From Enoplolaimus lenunculus (lineage: Eukaryota), in NCBI GenBank assembly GCA_030248215.1, contig JASANG010000864.1:62001-126000 (forward strand): a stretch of 64,000 nt of DNA, read 5' to 3'. Position 1 is the first letter of the stretch, and every line of letters begins with the position of its first letter. Below are positions 37,396-51,388 of the stretch, piece after piece. The position numbers and the translations under genes were made by a program. The notes below the pieces were generated by a model. That model had not been told where the DNA came from. It saw only the letters and a program-made list of their open reading frames with translations, and did no database searches.

Positions 37396-39767
37396 CGGAC
37401 ATTAAACTATTGAATTGAGATGTATACAAAACAGTGAATTATTCAAAAACTGTCGCAACAAAGACTCACCATCATTGGTATTTTTGTTTTTACTCATATT
37501 TGCTATACGCTTTACTTAGCTAAATTTAATTAATAAGACGACTTTGAAAATTTAAAATTATCGCTATTCTGCTTAATATTTTGTACCTTTATTCAATTGC
37601 CTAAAATGCAGAGATGTACAGAGGTGAGACTTTACCCGTGGGTTTTCTGTCCTGTGCTTTAGTTTAGTTGGCTTTGAAATTTTGTTGTTTCAAGCAAACG
37701 TTCACGTGTAGAATTTATTGAAGCTATGAAGTCAATAAATTTTGTTGCTCTCGCTCAGAAAAAACTGGTAGGCGTTTGTAATCCCTTTCCCAAATACAAT
37801 TCTGGCTTCGCCTTTGACACAAGTCCAACATGTAAGAACAACCCTTTTGACCTTTCACACCAATTTTAAATATTCAACTGAAACAAACACAGAAACAAAC
37901 AAGAAAGACAACCCAAAGTATTCATTGCAAAGCACCAACACAAGACGCTAAAATAAACAAGTCTGTCTCAAATTTTTGAGCATCCGATTGCCAGTATGCA
38001 AATTAACTTTAGCTATCGTGTCACAACCTCGTCTAGACAAAAGGAACCAGTTGTTAAAGCGTACGAGAAACGGAAAACAGCAAAAGTTGCCAATATTTCT
38101 TTGATTAATAACTCAAATAAAACCTGTCTAACAGTTGTTTACGCTTATTTAAAACGATTAAATTATAAAACCAAAACATTAATTATCCCGGGGCAAAATC
38201 AACGCCCGCCTATGCGCAGAACAGATGCTTAAAGTCACTAGCTGGGTACTTACAATCGGAGACAGTCGTGAGTTTAAAGCTTCTTTATCTCCCATAGAGG
38301 GATCATCGTCCCTTCAGGTAATACAGTAAAGCTAATACGTTAGACTAATTTTTTGCTGGGTTTAGGCTTTAGGAATAACTCATTCTTACGCTTAGGTTTA
38401 GGCTTAGTAATATGCTTATAATGTTCCGCTACTGTTCCTTACATTGGCCACGGAAACGAATATCCAATTTTACCCTAAAACGCTACTTCAGTGTACTGTA
38501 TAGTGATCCGAAAAAGTTTGGATCCCATTCAGAGTCCAAATCAGTAATGCGTCGGTTCCAGTGAATACATTCCGTAAACCCTTTATTTAGTACATACATA
38601 AAAGACACCAAAGAAGTACGGCCTAGACTGCTCAATGCAAGACATTCAGCCAATCCTCATAAACTTTATTAATCGCAAAAAAGAATAACGGGCACGATAA
38701 TCAACACAAAATATTTCAGATTATTAACTCAGTTCTGCTAAACAGACTCTTTAAAATAAAGTGTCGGATCCAACTAAAACGGGGTGAAATAAAATATGAT
38801 GAACGCTTCCCAAAGTTCACATACTAAACATTAATGTGAGAAAGGGTTGAATATTTCTTTTATCCAGCTAACTCATGACCAGAATGGTTATAGAAAAACT
38901 TGATTTTTGAATAATTCTGTTAAGCAGTACCATACAGAGCCCTCCAAACATTTTGCTGCGGATGCGGTGGGACGCGAACTCACGACGTACGAATACCACT
39001 GAGCTAAGCAGCCATGCAAACTTTTCGCTATAATGGCTCTATATACCATGAGTTTTTTGTACAAGATATGTATGTGAATACGCCGCGAAGCGTAATTATA
39101 AGTTAAGATAAATTGAAACTATGAACTCTTGTGCGTTCTATTCCATACATTAGTTGTTTGTGCTTTTCGATTAACAGAACAAACATTATTTTAGTGGTAT
39201 ATATATTGAAGCTGTATACACTTTTAGGCCAATGTTACGCTAAAACCGTCCCATCGTCGCGGAACAGCAATGTAGCAGGAGTACACACAACAAATATAAT
39301 TAGTACAGTGGAAACAGTTGGGACAGCAAGACAGTTGGATCAGCTTGGAAAGTTGGGTAAGCGGGACACCGGATTTCCTAGTGGAACCAAATAATACAAA
39401 ATAACACCGAAAAAATAGTTTTCAGCACAATTTCACTGAAAACATTGCCCACCATACGAAATTGGCCAACACTTTGTGAGCAAACACGTTAACACACAAC
39501 TTTTTTGCTGCTTCAACTGAAAGTAAAACCACAAAGAAATTGTGTGAAATTCTTAATTTTGCTATTGCCATGTTTTTACTAATCAGTTATACAGAAAAAA
39601 ATCGTCAAACAAATTTCGACTTTATATACTGAAATTCAGAAGTATCAACGCCTGTAGTACCGGAAAATTCCGATGGAAAATACCGGATCCAGTACCGAAC
39701 CCAAATAGTGAAAACTGCTATGCTAGATTTTCCTACCGGAAAACGAATTCCGGTTGCACATTGCCAC

Positions 39768-42700
39768 CTACGATTTCCTCTTTCTACCCCTTTGTTTTTC
39801 CTCAAACGTCGACTTTCTACCCGTTCCAGACCGCCCTGAGCCTTTTTTCAGCCCTTTGCCGGTAGCCAATTGTTTTCCCTTTCCCATACTGTACTCAGAG
39901 CCGCCTTCATCGTCAACTAATAGCTTCACCGCATCACCAGGTTCGCTTTTATCACGGTCATTTTCATCAAATTGCGACTCGCTGCTTATCACCGAAGATT
40001 GTGACAATAAATCAATCGTATTCACGTCAGACACAGACATAAGGTCTGGTGTCTTGAGATCACTGTCTGAACTTTTCTGTGATAAGCGTTTCGAGCGCGA
40101 CCGGCCCACATCGACCATTAAACGCTTTCCCGACTTTTGACTGCGAGGACTACGAACGTCAGATCTCGAAGGTAAAGCATTACTTTCAGCTCCTGAAATC
40201 GCTACAAGTCGCTAAAACAAGATTCTGCAAAGATTAGGTAATTTTTATCATTTGGCGTGCAACGACACTTAACGGATAAAACAGGTGTATGACAAACACT
40301 ACACATTGTATAGCGAAAGGTTCAATACTGAACTAAATTTCGACAAGGAAAACCAATAATAGTTAATTTATCTTACACCGTCAAGCAAAAGCTACTGTGA
40401 AAACAATTTCAAGCATACGCATAGGTCTCAGAATATATCCTAATAATGCAACAGTCCACAAAGCTACTAGTGCCCAATTCTGATACTCGCATGCCTCGGG
40501 ATAGTATTTCCACTATTGAAACCAAAAAATACAACACCCTGACGGATTTCACCGAACAAGCAAAAATACTACTACGGTTTCACCTGTACCGCACATGGGT
40601 GTAGGCAGGATTTTGAAAAAGAAGGGTCATATTCCGTAAATATTTCGAAAGGGTTTGACACCTGAAACCCGCTCTGGCTACGCCCTTGGTCACAGGGTCC
40701 TCACCTCCGATTACCAAACTTCGATCATGACTAGCAGCTACGCCATCTTGATTGGGCACTTCTTGATCTCCAACTGATGTAATTGGTTGCTTACCAGCTA
40801 CAGACTCAACCGGTGATTTGGGTTGTTGAGCAACAGTCTGATCATTCTTCTTACGTCTCGGTGCTGTTTTTGCAGTTATATTTCTCCTGCGTTTTGTAGG
40901 TGACGCAGGAAGCGTTGAAGTAGTCTTGCTGCTCGCTTGTCTTCTACGTTTGTTTGCATTTCGATTTGCAGCAGCAACATTGCGTTGTATTGCACAATCG
41001 ATAGCGTTCACCGTTTCGTCTTCAAAGAACATATTTTATATTACGAATCAAGCGAAGGTGTGCCAATATTTAATATTACAATACATTTTTCGATATGCTT
41101 AATTCAACTTACACCTAGGGTTAAATCAATTGATGCTGCAACTCAACAACATTATAACAGAATAACAAATCAAAATTGAATTAATTTAAAAACAGAACTA
41201 GTTGGTGTCCGGTAAGGCAAAGAAAAAATTCGTACCGCAAAATCAAAAACACTAAACGTACCAAAAATACCACCGTCCATCGAATTCGGTATTTTCTTTC
41301 TTCGTCCAGGTTTTTTCCTCACTGTCTTCTTTAAACAAAAGATATCACATCAATTAAACTCTTGTAAAATGTTGCTTTTAACATCGTAATTACTTCTAAT
41401 TGATATTGCATATTGGTTAATTATTGTAATTTGTTTATAAAATAAAAATAGCATAGTTTGACATAAAAGTAGCGCAATAATTTTCTTTTAAATTGTATTT
41501 AATGTTTAACCACTAAACATTTTTACCAGAAAAAAATTACATTTTCACGGCCAGTTGCTCGCGGAATATTAATTAAAACCAGCCTCAAACACAAATATCG
41601 GCATTTATTTTGAGTATTAAAATAAACAAACACTGTCAAAATCAGTTAATCATGTTGGTTATTTACCTGCCTAAGCTGAATTAATACAGTGACTTTCGCT
41701 AATGTCCCGACAAAATTCAGCTCAAGCTAGTTCAAACGTGTCGTCTTTTATTATCCTTTACGCAAACGCAAGTTTCTTTCGGGTGTCACTGTTGATATTT
41801 TGCAATAATTGCTAAAAACTGGGCCTGCATTGTCAAATGTGATGTAAAAACTTGTACAGCGGTCATTTGCTGATTGGAAAATTACAACACCTGTCACCTA
41901 CTGGCGATAGTGCTGCGCACATTACTTGAGAAAAACCCAAGATTACGCAAGCTTAACAAGCTAACATAGCTAACCACAACCTGATATTATATTTAATGCA
42001 ACATACTCTATTATCGACTTCACCATCACAACTCTTTTCTGACTCGGAAGATAAAACGTCACGCGTAAACGTTTTTCCATTAGTTTCATTATCAAGACCT
42101 TTAATAATAATACTCCGATCAAACTTTTTCGGACTGGACGTAGGACTTTGTCGCATTGCTTTTTTCGACACGTCTAAAACAGTGCAATTTAAACTAATCT
42201 CAGAACTCAAACTACAACTTGAATTTTCGAACTTCATGACAAAACCGAATGTGTGTTGTCAAACATGTGTCACACTTTTCCTTAGCTGGTACATATCAAG
42301 CATGGCACCAACCGACGCAGTAAGGTCGAGATAAACAACACACTTATGTACTGCAACCAGGGTGCAACCGGAATTACGATTTACCGGAACCGGAATTTGA
42401 AAATTTTACCGGAACCGGAAAGTGAAAAATGCATTTCACCAAAAATTTCATTTTAATCTTATTTTTTGCTCTATTATTTGTGAAATAACCTTAGTCGAAC
42501 ATAGATATTTATTTTATTTGTTGTATTTTAGATTTTCATCATCGACTGAAGTGAAATTCACCATCAATGGCTTATATTCGGAGTACAAGTGGCTTTCAAA
42601 AGAGATTCTTAAAAATTAGCAAAGTTAACAAAACGGCCAAATTATAACACCGGAATTTTTAAATCCGGTAAAAATTTACCGGAACCGGAAGGTGAAAAAA

Positions 42701-45700
42701 TGCCGGAACCGGAACCGGAATTCCGGTTGCACCCTGACTGCAACCAAACAAATCCTAGATTCTCTGCAATTTTACGTTCAGAAATGTTACTGAAGATCTA
42801 TATGTGTAACATAAAACCTATCCCTAACAAGCGACTGGTATTAACTGGCGCTGCCAGCTATAGAAGAACGCTAAGTCGAACGATATACTGCAACGTAACA
42901 ATGAGCATAGTTCATTTTTACACAGTTTTTCCATGATCGAAACACCGGATCGTTCTTCAGCTCTTTAAAACAAATCGAGTTAAGTAAGGCTAAGCAGATA
43001 ACATTAAAAAGTTAGGCCCGGCCAAGTTACCACGCCCCGGGACCTCTGAGAGGTTTAGTAGGCAGGCCGACGCGTTACGATTTAGAAAAGTTTTTACTGG
43101 GGGGTTACTGTGTTGCAACCTGAAACTGTGCCTAAATCCCCAGTACTAAATACCAACACGGGAATCCGCGTGAATCCTCCTGGATACGCCCATGAGTATT
43201 CTTACTTCGTTCTGCAGAAGAAAATTGACTTTCATCTTGAGAACTGCTAGGTTGTGCATCTTCGGACAAATCCACATCCACGATATATTTACTACGACGA
43301 TGTTTAGCACTACCGGGTTGGGATGCATATGCCTTTTCACGGATTTCAGCTCTACGATTCTAGAATAAACTAAATGTTGCGTTCTGTAAGAAATAAGTCC
43401 ACATTAGAGCCTATCAAAAAATTGCCCAAAGCTGCCAAACACCAACAACGTATAGTGTTTTCATAATGTAAACAACGGTTTTCCAAACAGACAATTTTAC
43501 TACAGTCCAATACTTTACGTCTCATCCAAATTCCACACGGTACAATATTTTGGGTTCTTAGTTCTTTGGAAAATTGCGAAAGTTTTGAGGACTCAAAACA
43601 AACACCTAAGACAGTGTAGGCTACTACAAGCCTGTTTCATTAACGAATGGCTCTTTGCATAATAGAGCTACGAATGATCATGAGCGAAGGAATTATCAAT
43701 TTAAAATAATGAATATACTAACCCAGTCAGGTTTTGCCTTCAGTTGCTTTTTCTAAAATTAAATCAGCTCCATATATAAAAGGAAACAATATTTTGAAAT
43801 GAAAAACAAAACCCGCAATCATCAGTTTGCCGTGTTTTAGGCAGTAAATTTCATTAAAACTTTAATATCACAATATTCGTTTCGACAGAACATTAATCAA
43901 TTCTGTTAAAACAGAACATTTATTCCGCTTCAAAATGCAAATAGTGAGAAACAATAACGAATTCGTAAAATTTGAAGAGGCCGAGCAATATATACATCGT
44001 AAAAAACACGCTAGCGAGCCGAAATCAATTTCTTTCAGAAGTAAATGTTAAAACATAATTTTGGTTTTGATCCCTTTGTTTTGTGACTTAGTCCTGAGTG
44101 CTCCCTAGATATCTGCAAGTGCTAGGAGGCCTCAAAGCGCCGCATTTAAACTTTACAAACAAAATACTAAATAGATTACTATATGCAATGTTTGTATTCA
44201 TGACAGGTCCAGTACCGCTATGAAATGTTTTGAATGAGTCGTTATTCTTGAAAGTATTATAAACCATAGCTTTATAATTGGACGCAAAACGTGTACCAAG
44301 CCCAAATACTCTAACTTCTAACTTACGAATGCATATTTTTGACAAGTTAAACCTATGCACTTGCAATAATCAAAACAAATTGAAACATGTGTACATTCAC
44401 TATCGAAATCGGTATCACTATGGTGTAGAAAAACAATTTAGGCTTAGACCAGGAACTCTTACCGGTGAAATTGACCTTTTTCCTTGTATTCGATTCAAAC
44501 ATTCAGATAGTGTACTTTAAAATAAAAGAAAATATGATCATTATACAGTTTGAATTATATACTGACACCAGTTTAAAACGTTTACTGCTCTTCACAATCT
44601 TGAGTGCAAACGGGATATACATGTTTAACTTGCAATACAATTAATGATTTTAATCTTTTGTACGTACTTCGCATTAGCCAATCTACAATCAAATATTGAT
44701 AAGTTACGTCGGAATCGGAATTCCGGTTGCACCCTGCACGGAAGCGAAATCTACCTTCGATGGTTGATGTTCCGCGATCGTCAAGGCTTACATACTATAC
44801 TAATGAAATCTATTTAATTTTTATCGTCATTTTTTAGTAAAATATCTTAATTCCCGTGTAAAAATTAAAACGGAACCGGAACCTGAAAATGAAAAATGCC
44901 GGAACCGGAATTGCAGTTGCACCCTGATAAAAACACAGCATTTATCGATACATGAAATGTAAGCAAACCGAAACTGACAAAACAACATTATACGCGGACA
45001 TGTCAACAACTATAGTCTGATACTTAGTATTACAAAAAGATGTTTATTTTCATTTTATTAAATTGTTTCAGTTTCTAAGTTCTTGAGTTCAAAATGTTAA
45101 AGATTGAAATTTAAAACTTGAGTCAATTTTTAATACAAATCAATGTTATTCTTTTAGTACCTTTTTATAATTGTCGCAGGATTTTCGACGACAAAATTCA
45201 GCGCTTGACTAGGTTCAGTTGCCATTGGTCCATTTAACTGACACTTCATTGAATAGTAGTTTTCGTGTATCGTATTCAGTTGCTAAAGAATAAACCATAG
45301 CAGAATGTAAATAACGGAAACGAGATCGGCGTGCAAAACTGATTCCGTGATAATGTAATTAAGAAAAACATACAAGCCGAATTAATTAACACGCTTCATT
45401 CTAATTTAAATGTTACGTCATTCGGGCTATAAAAAATACAAACTGTATACCAGTTCCTGATAGTAACAAGTCAGTGTGTACAATCATAGAGTGTGGTTCT
45501 TGGTCAGCACGCAACCAAAAACCGCATCTTATACGTTTATACTAATTTTTTGCATATACTGGCACAGTGCCTCTTCGTTAAATATATAAACAAAAGACAG
45601 CTATATCTATATAATTAAAGCATGAACCGCCCCACATACTTAGTAAAATCAACATTCTAGTTGATAACAATGTACTTAAATTAAAACATTAAAATTTCGT

Positions 45701-47627
45701 TGAGATGCATAGTTTTGGCTCCATAACATTTTGGCGTCGGATGCAAATATTTCAACAACATTAGGCTAAAGTTGCGTTGAGGCATTTCTGATCGCAACAT
45801 TTTAGCGTCGGTTGCAAATATTGAAACCACATTAGATTAGCAGTATACAATTAGCGTGTTCCTTTAGAATACCTTAATGATAGGATCTTCAAACAGTTCA
45901 TCAATAACGGCTTTTTCAGACCGCAGCTCTTCTGCAATTCTGTCCGTATCATACGGATTTTCAAAACGGTTATACGTGAGCGGGTTATGCTAAAAAAGAA
46001 AAGGTGTATACCTGACAATGAACACTACTGTTAAGTAAATTTTTAGCATGCCGACTATTGAGCTCACACCTTTAATAACAGACAACACACCATCAAAGCT
46101 TGCATTAGCGAATTGGATTTTATGTGTATATCTCTTTGACTAGCAAGCAATAGCTCCTGTAACTTTGAACCTGTAAACCCAGTTTGAAAACGGTTTGTAT
46201 CCACGCACCGTTTTTCAAATTTATGCAACTTTCAAACGGCATAACTTTCGCTAACAGGTTAAAGACACCGTCGTTAATTATCATAAAATATACAAGACAC
46301 CTACTTCGTCACCAAAAGCACAAAGAGAAAATGCGTTGTCGCGCACCAGCTTGTGAAATACATAGCTAGCGTCATAGTGCTGTTGTGCGGTTACTTCAGT
46401 CATCAGCGATTGTAATTGTTTAAACTCGTCAACTGTAATTCTAATCTAAAGGATTACACAACCAAAAATTAAAGATGCGTTTAGAGTAAACTTAAACTAA
46501 AGAACTTTTAGAAAACAAAAATTACACAAATTTTCACATCTCAGGAACATACATACAGTGAAAAATATGTATGAAACACAGAAAACAATAATATCAAACT
46601 GATAACAAGCTCTATGTGTGCTACATATAACGTCAATATGGTTATAAAAACAATCAATATGCATATGATTATTTAAATAATTTATAACAACGCGAACAAC
46701 TTACTTTAGAGCGCATTTCTGGGTTCTGTGTTGCGTACATACCATAAAGCAAGTACAGTCCACCCACTCGAGCTTGAAAGCTATAAGGCGGATTTATGAA
46801 CAAAAGTGCTACCCGGAGGGCTTTTTCCGTAAACTGAAAAATGACGATGCATCTACTTAAATATATATAACAAAACATATGGCGTTCATAGGAACTTGTT
46901 AACAAAAACTAACTAAACAAATTTGAATATGATAGCTAAAAGTATATTTTCGTGAGAAATAATCGCACGATGAGTCAAATTTTACATCCTGCTTTGAGGC
47001 AAACTGTCTCGCTATTTATTTTCTGTCACTGCTTTGTAGTGTCTGCAATTAAAATTGGTTCTGGCGACTGACAGGTCAATCCACCAGCATATGAATCTAG
47101 ATTTCATTATTGAACAGTTTATTACCTCTCGCAATTCAGATTCTGTTGATCGAAGTCTGTAACAAAAGAAATACATATACCCTATACCACAGGAGTAAAT
47201 AATTAAACAAAATCTGACACTACACACCACAAGATTGATATTAACAGATGGTAACCTCTGTCAAAAAATAAATATACCACATGCTTTACCAGACTTAATA
47301 TTGCTCGTTTGCTCTGTTTCCTGACCGTTATTTTTGATCTGGCTGATGGAAAAACCGACCGTTTGAATGAAATGCTTGCACCAAATCATGTGACTTCTAG
47401 GATACCGAAATTATTTTAATAACTTCTATGTTCTAATTTGCCAAGTGAACAGAGCAGACTTAGTTCTGGTACCTGTAGATTAGCGAAAATTTCATTGTCC
47501 TGAAGATTCTGGCAAAATGTTCAAACCGCACTGATGGAACTTCGACAAACCGAGCAAGTAGCGTTTCACAGTCACTACGAATCCCAGCTTCGATTGGTGT
47601 AACGCTAGTGCCCTGTCCTTTACCCAT
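39768..47627 (-). CDS. SNAPC1: snRNA-activating protein complex subunit 1 (SNAP43/SNAPC1 family), about 600 aa
   Basis: Exons 47473-47627, 47126-47156, 46705-46833, 46305-46445, 45873-45989, 45161-45282, 44463-44514, (43723-43752), 43206-43359, 42007-42173, ~41271-41328, ~40795-41019 and 39768-40192 are phase-compatible. Peptides DCETLLARF...SVRFEHF...MKFSLIY, FTEKAL...PPYSFQARVGGLYLLYGMYATQ and QHYDASYVFHKL..DNAF match the SNAP43 N-terminal domain as I recall it. The 3' exon boundaries are less certain. Confidence 0.85.
42358..42736. mobile_element. hAT-like MITE in a SNAPC1 intron
   Basis: TIR cagggtgcaaccggaa/ttccggttgcaccctg; perfect 8-bp TSD actgcaac; internal ccggaa repeats. Related ends at ~4362, ~16149-16295, ~36445, ~44736, ~44926 and ~62618. 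Confidence 0.85.
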
Positions 47628-48408
47628 AATGTTCGTTTAATCGTAATATAGTTGTGTGTTTATTACAATGTAGCTGACATTGCCAAAAGTTCGAATCTCA
47701 ATTATAATAAAAGCTTTTTAGATCACCTAAAGCAAACAAAACTATATCAATTACGCAAGCCGAAATTTACTTGCACAAATAAGAAATGCTAACTGTTTGA
47801 AGTACCTATATAAGGTCGGAACAACCAATTTTAATTAAAGATATGACTACATCTGGAATCGAACCTATCATCTCTCACGCCAGTTAAATCCGCTTCAAAT
47901 TTTACTACGCTGCCAATAATCCGATATAATGACTCAGACGCACTATATGTCAACGTTTATTCAAATGTCTTTGCATTTCTACATCCTGTGATATGCGACT
48001 GGAATTACATGGCTAGGTCGAAATGTGGTTAGAGGCAACAAGGACATATGAAAGAAAAATATGGAAAAACGAGGAAGAACCCGGCTTTGATGTTTCGAAG
48101 AAAACCTTACGATTTTGAGAATACTTTTACGTTAAATTTTTCAGCGTGTTATTTTATGTCAAGGAACTGGTCGCGGTTTTGGGTTGCGTGTATCGCAAGT
48201 CAGGTGTATTAGTTTATGGTGTGACATGCGGATGCATGGAGGTAAAACGAAACTTTATGCTAATGCTGCACATCGGTAAAACGTTGATGCATATGTATGT
48301 AGTGCCTTCATATGTAAAAGCAGCAAAAACATCGAAGAACCAAGATACATGTGTATGTTGAGGTTCCTGTAAGGTAGAAAAACACAAAAACTTAGCAGTG
48401 GAGTGGGA

Positions 48409-48480
48409 GACGGCGTGGTTCAATGGCTAGCGCGCTGGACTGATAATCTGTCGACCGAGTTCGAAACCTCCTGGGAACGC
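48409..48480 (+). pseudogene. tRNA-like sequence (pseudo-tRNA or SINE head)
   Basis: A-box TGGTTCAATGG (48416-48426), loop CTGATAA, B-box GAGTTCGAAAC (48457-48467); poor acceptor stem. Confidence 0.4.
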
Positions 48481-50308
48481 CCCTCATTTTCAGCTGCTGA
48501 GCACTCAGAACTAAAACTGTCGTACTCTAGCCTACCCAACTTATCACATACGACATAATTTTATCGGCAATATTTTAACTGCTTTATTGGTTTACTCAGA
48601 CGTACACTACGATTTGCGGGTAGTTTTGGTAGAACCAGGTATATAACTATATATGATGACTATTTTGTAATTTCAGGCCCGAGACCAGTTTTTAACTTAC
48701 CGCAGTGCAAAAGTCCCGACACCGGTTAGTAACTGTCCAAAAACCTTGGTGACCTCTAGTTATTATACAGAACTGTTAAAACTTGCAACTTTTTCAAATG
48801 ATCGCGTACCAGTGCGATTATTTTTATACCTTTGTACGTTTAATATCGCTCGCAACAATAATTCCTAGCTATGCATTTAACACGGAACATATAATGAATA
48901 CTGGCGAGTAGTTTTACACACATAATGCGTTTTACGTGTCCCAACAGCTATGCTTTAACTTACCACAGTCCAATAAACCAAATCAAAGAATAAACCAAAT
49001 TGAAACACATAGTTTCGATGCTTTGCACAAACCCTGTGGAACCAACTAATAAACTGATTAAGCAGCCTTGTTCAAAATTTAAGCATCTAAAAGTTGATAG
49101 ATGCAACGATGTAGAGTACAGATTAAGTAAACGTTCTGATCACGTGATAGCTTCCAAAAAATAAAGAGCAACAAACGATTTATTTGTAATGCAATCTATA
49201 AAAGATTCACTTTAACAACGTATACACAAATGCGTGTAAAGTAAAACTGTAGCCGCAAACAATCGACTGAAGCACCCCTTAAAGTTAAACTGGTATTAAA
49301 TACATGCATTGTAGAAAACATACTTCCTTTAAGCTAATATTTTCAATACGAAATATCAAGATGTTTTTTGGAAAAAATTATGACCGGAAAATATGAATTT
49401 TTCCATTTTTTCGGAAAACAATGGAAAAAATGGAAAAAATTCATTCATTGTCTGAGTGATCGGTTATCCCATCCTTAGCCGTCGTTTGCCCAAAAACGCT
49501 TGCATTTTGAAAGTTTTTGCATATTTGAGCTTCTGATTCATTCCGTGCCCAAATATGAATTTTTAAAAAAATTCGTTTTTAAGGCCACAAGTTTCAGTAA
49601 ATATTGTGACAATCTTTGGTTCCACATAATATATACATTTCCGAATACCTTTTGAGTTTCTGCTAGTACTCCTCCAAGCGCTGTCTCAAATTTGTTACGG
49701 TAATTTTTACGAGTAAAGTGCAATGATTCGAAAAAGCGTTGCAAACTAAACATGAGAGTATACATGAAAGGTAATTCAACAAAAATGACAAACTTTCAAA
49801 TTATGAATTATTATGAGTTGTGAGCACTTAAGATCGAACTCCTGATGCGGTTACAGTGGAAAACATATGCATATGAGTTGTGGCGATTTTGAAAACAAAT
49901 TTTTCATTTTACAACTTTTAAAAAAAGTGTTTCTATAACCGATTTCGCTTCAATTTTTTGAAAGATTCTTTGAATTTCGCAAACCAGATTTTTGCAAACA
50001 AGTTAAAGAAGCGTCTATAACCATTCATTAATTGCTTACAAAAGAACAACGAATAAGTTTAGAAAGTTATATCTTTTGCTAGAAAGCGTAACGAAATATC
50101 GCTAATATAATATCTTTAGTTGATGTAAACACAGTATACTTTCGTTACATTTTAGTTGCTGGCAGTCTTAACAAATCTCTCAGGTGAGTATATTTAGTTG
50201 AAAACGTCATACAGTTCCCCAGTTTGAAAATGAAATGTGCATAGCACGCACATTTATGATGAATACACAGTTCTAAATTTACTACATGACAAATTTATAG
50301 ACATATAT

Positions 50309-50430
50309 CTAATTGAAAAGCGGTCGAAGATTTTGTCGATGGCATGTTAGTATTTTAGGCATCGACCGAAGGCACGCAACGCGTCTGCTGAAACGATCGC
50401 TGACTCCACCTTGACAAAATTCGTCACAAC
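50309..50430 (-). CDS. Alternative last exon 4b of the ShKT/DB gene (paralog of exon 4a)
   Basis: tttttcag|GT TGT GAC GAA TTT TGT...AAT TAG; same phase (1) as exon 4a; CDEFCQGGVSDRFSRRVACLRSMPKILTCHRQNLRPLFN versus CDELCRGNMSSSFSRTLACVNESMAKILKCHRDGLESK. Confidence 0.8.
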
Positions 50431-51388
50431 CTGAAAAAGTATCTGCACAGCTCACAAATTGTGGAATTTGCAAAACAAACAACCGATTCGTTCATTCGAA
50501 CAAACTTTCGCCTGAAAATTTACGCTGCGCCTTTTGCTGACTGTGCTGGTATACAGCGTCGATGGGAAAATGATTAATTTGTTGTTAAATAATTGTTTTC
50601 AGCAAGACATTATTTGCAACCTTAAAATAACGATAGTAACATAATATATCAAAAACACCTGGGATTTTTGTATTTTTTGAGGAAATAGTCAATCGTGAAA
50701 AATCAGCTAAGAAATGATTCTACTTTGCCAAAGATAACTAAAGACGGATTATGCAAAATCATTTTCAAAAGCGTTTGAAGCCTTATTCTAGCAGATTTGC
50801 ATCAGAATAAGCCAAGCTTAATGTACATGCAGTGCAGTGTTTCGCTTGAAAAGCTAAAAACAAACTAAAGTGAACAAAATAATTGCATATGCACACATTT
50901 ACCAATATAGAAGGCTCTTTTTCTAGAAAGATTTATTTATCACGGTAACTAATTTTGACTCAGTGTAATGAGTCCCAGCACATCAATTTACCTTCTTCTA
51001 TCCGCTATTTTGATAGTATACGGACAAAATATACCACTCAGACAAGCTCGTTTTTGTCATTTTGTAAAGACAGCGCAAAACTTTTAGACGCCTCCAGTAC
51101 AATTATTATTATTAATTTTTTACTTTTAACTCTTAGAAAGAAATTTAAAAAGTTTAGGTCCCTGCCAATACTTTGAACAAACTGTAGCTATATTGAAAGC
51201 TTTTACGTTCCCCGAGAAGTCGTGCTTAAAATCAACTGGAAATTTATTTTTAATCTAAAATTTCTTGCAAAATATTGCCTTATTTGTCGTACAAGCCCAA
51301 GAGTGCTTGAATGTATACCTTTGTAAGAAATCCAGGATCTAGCCCTGCCCTGCAACAAACCGAGATATACATTTGTAAATTTTTGAGT

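Noticed and set aside
42238..42350. Possible SNAPC1 exon with an in-frame TGA beside the hAT MITE
   Set aside because: A better phase-1 acceptor (gttttag, exon starting at 42173) keeps the frame open, so no readthrough or disruption is needed.
47845..47915. B-box-like GGTTCGATTCC upstream of SNAPC1
   Set aside because: No convincing A-box or cloverleaf; at most a decayed SINE fragment.
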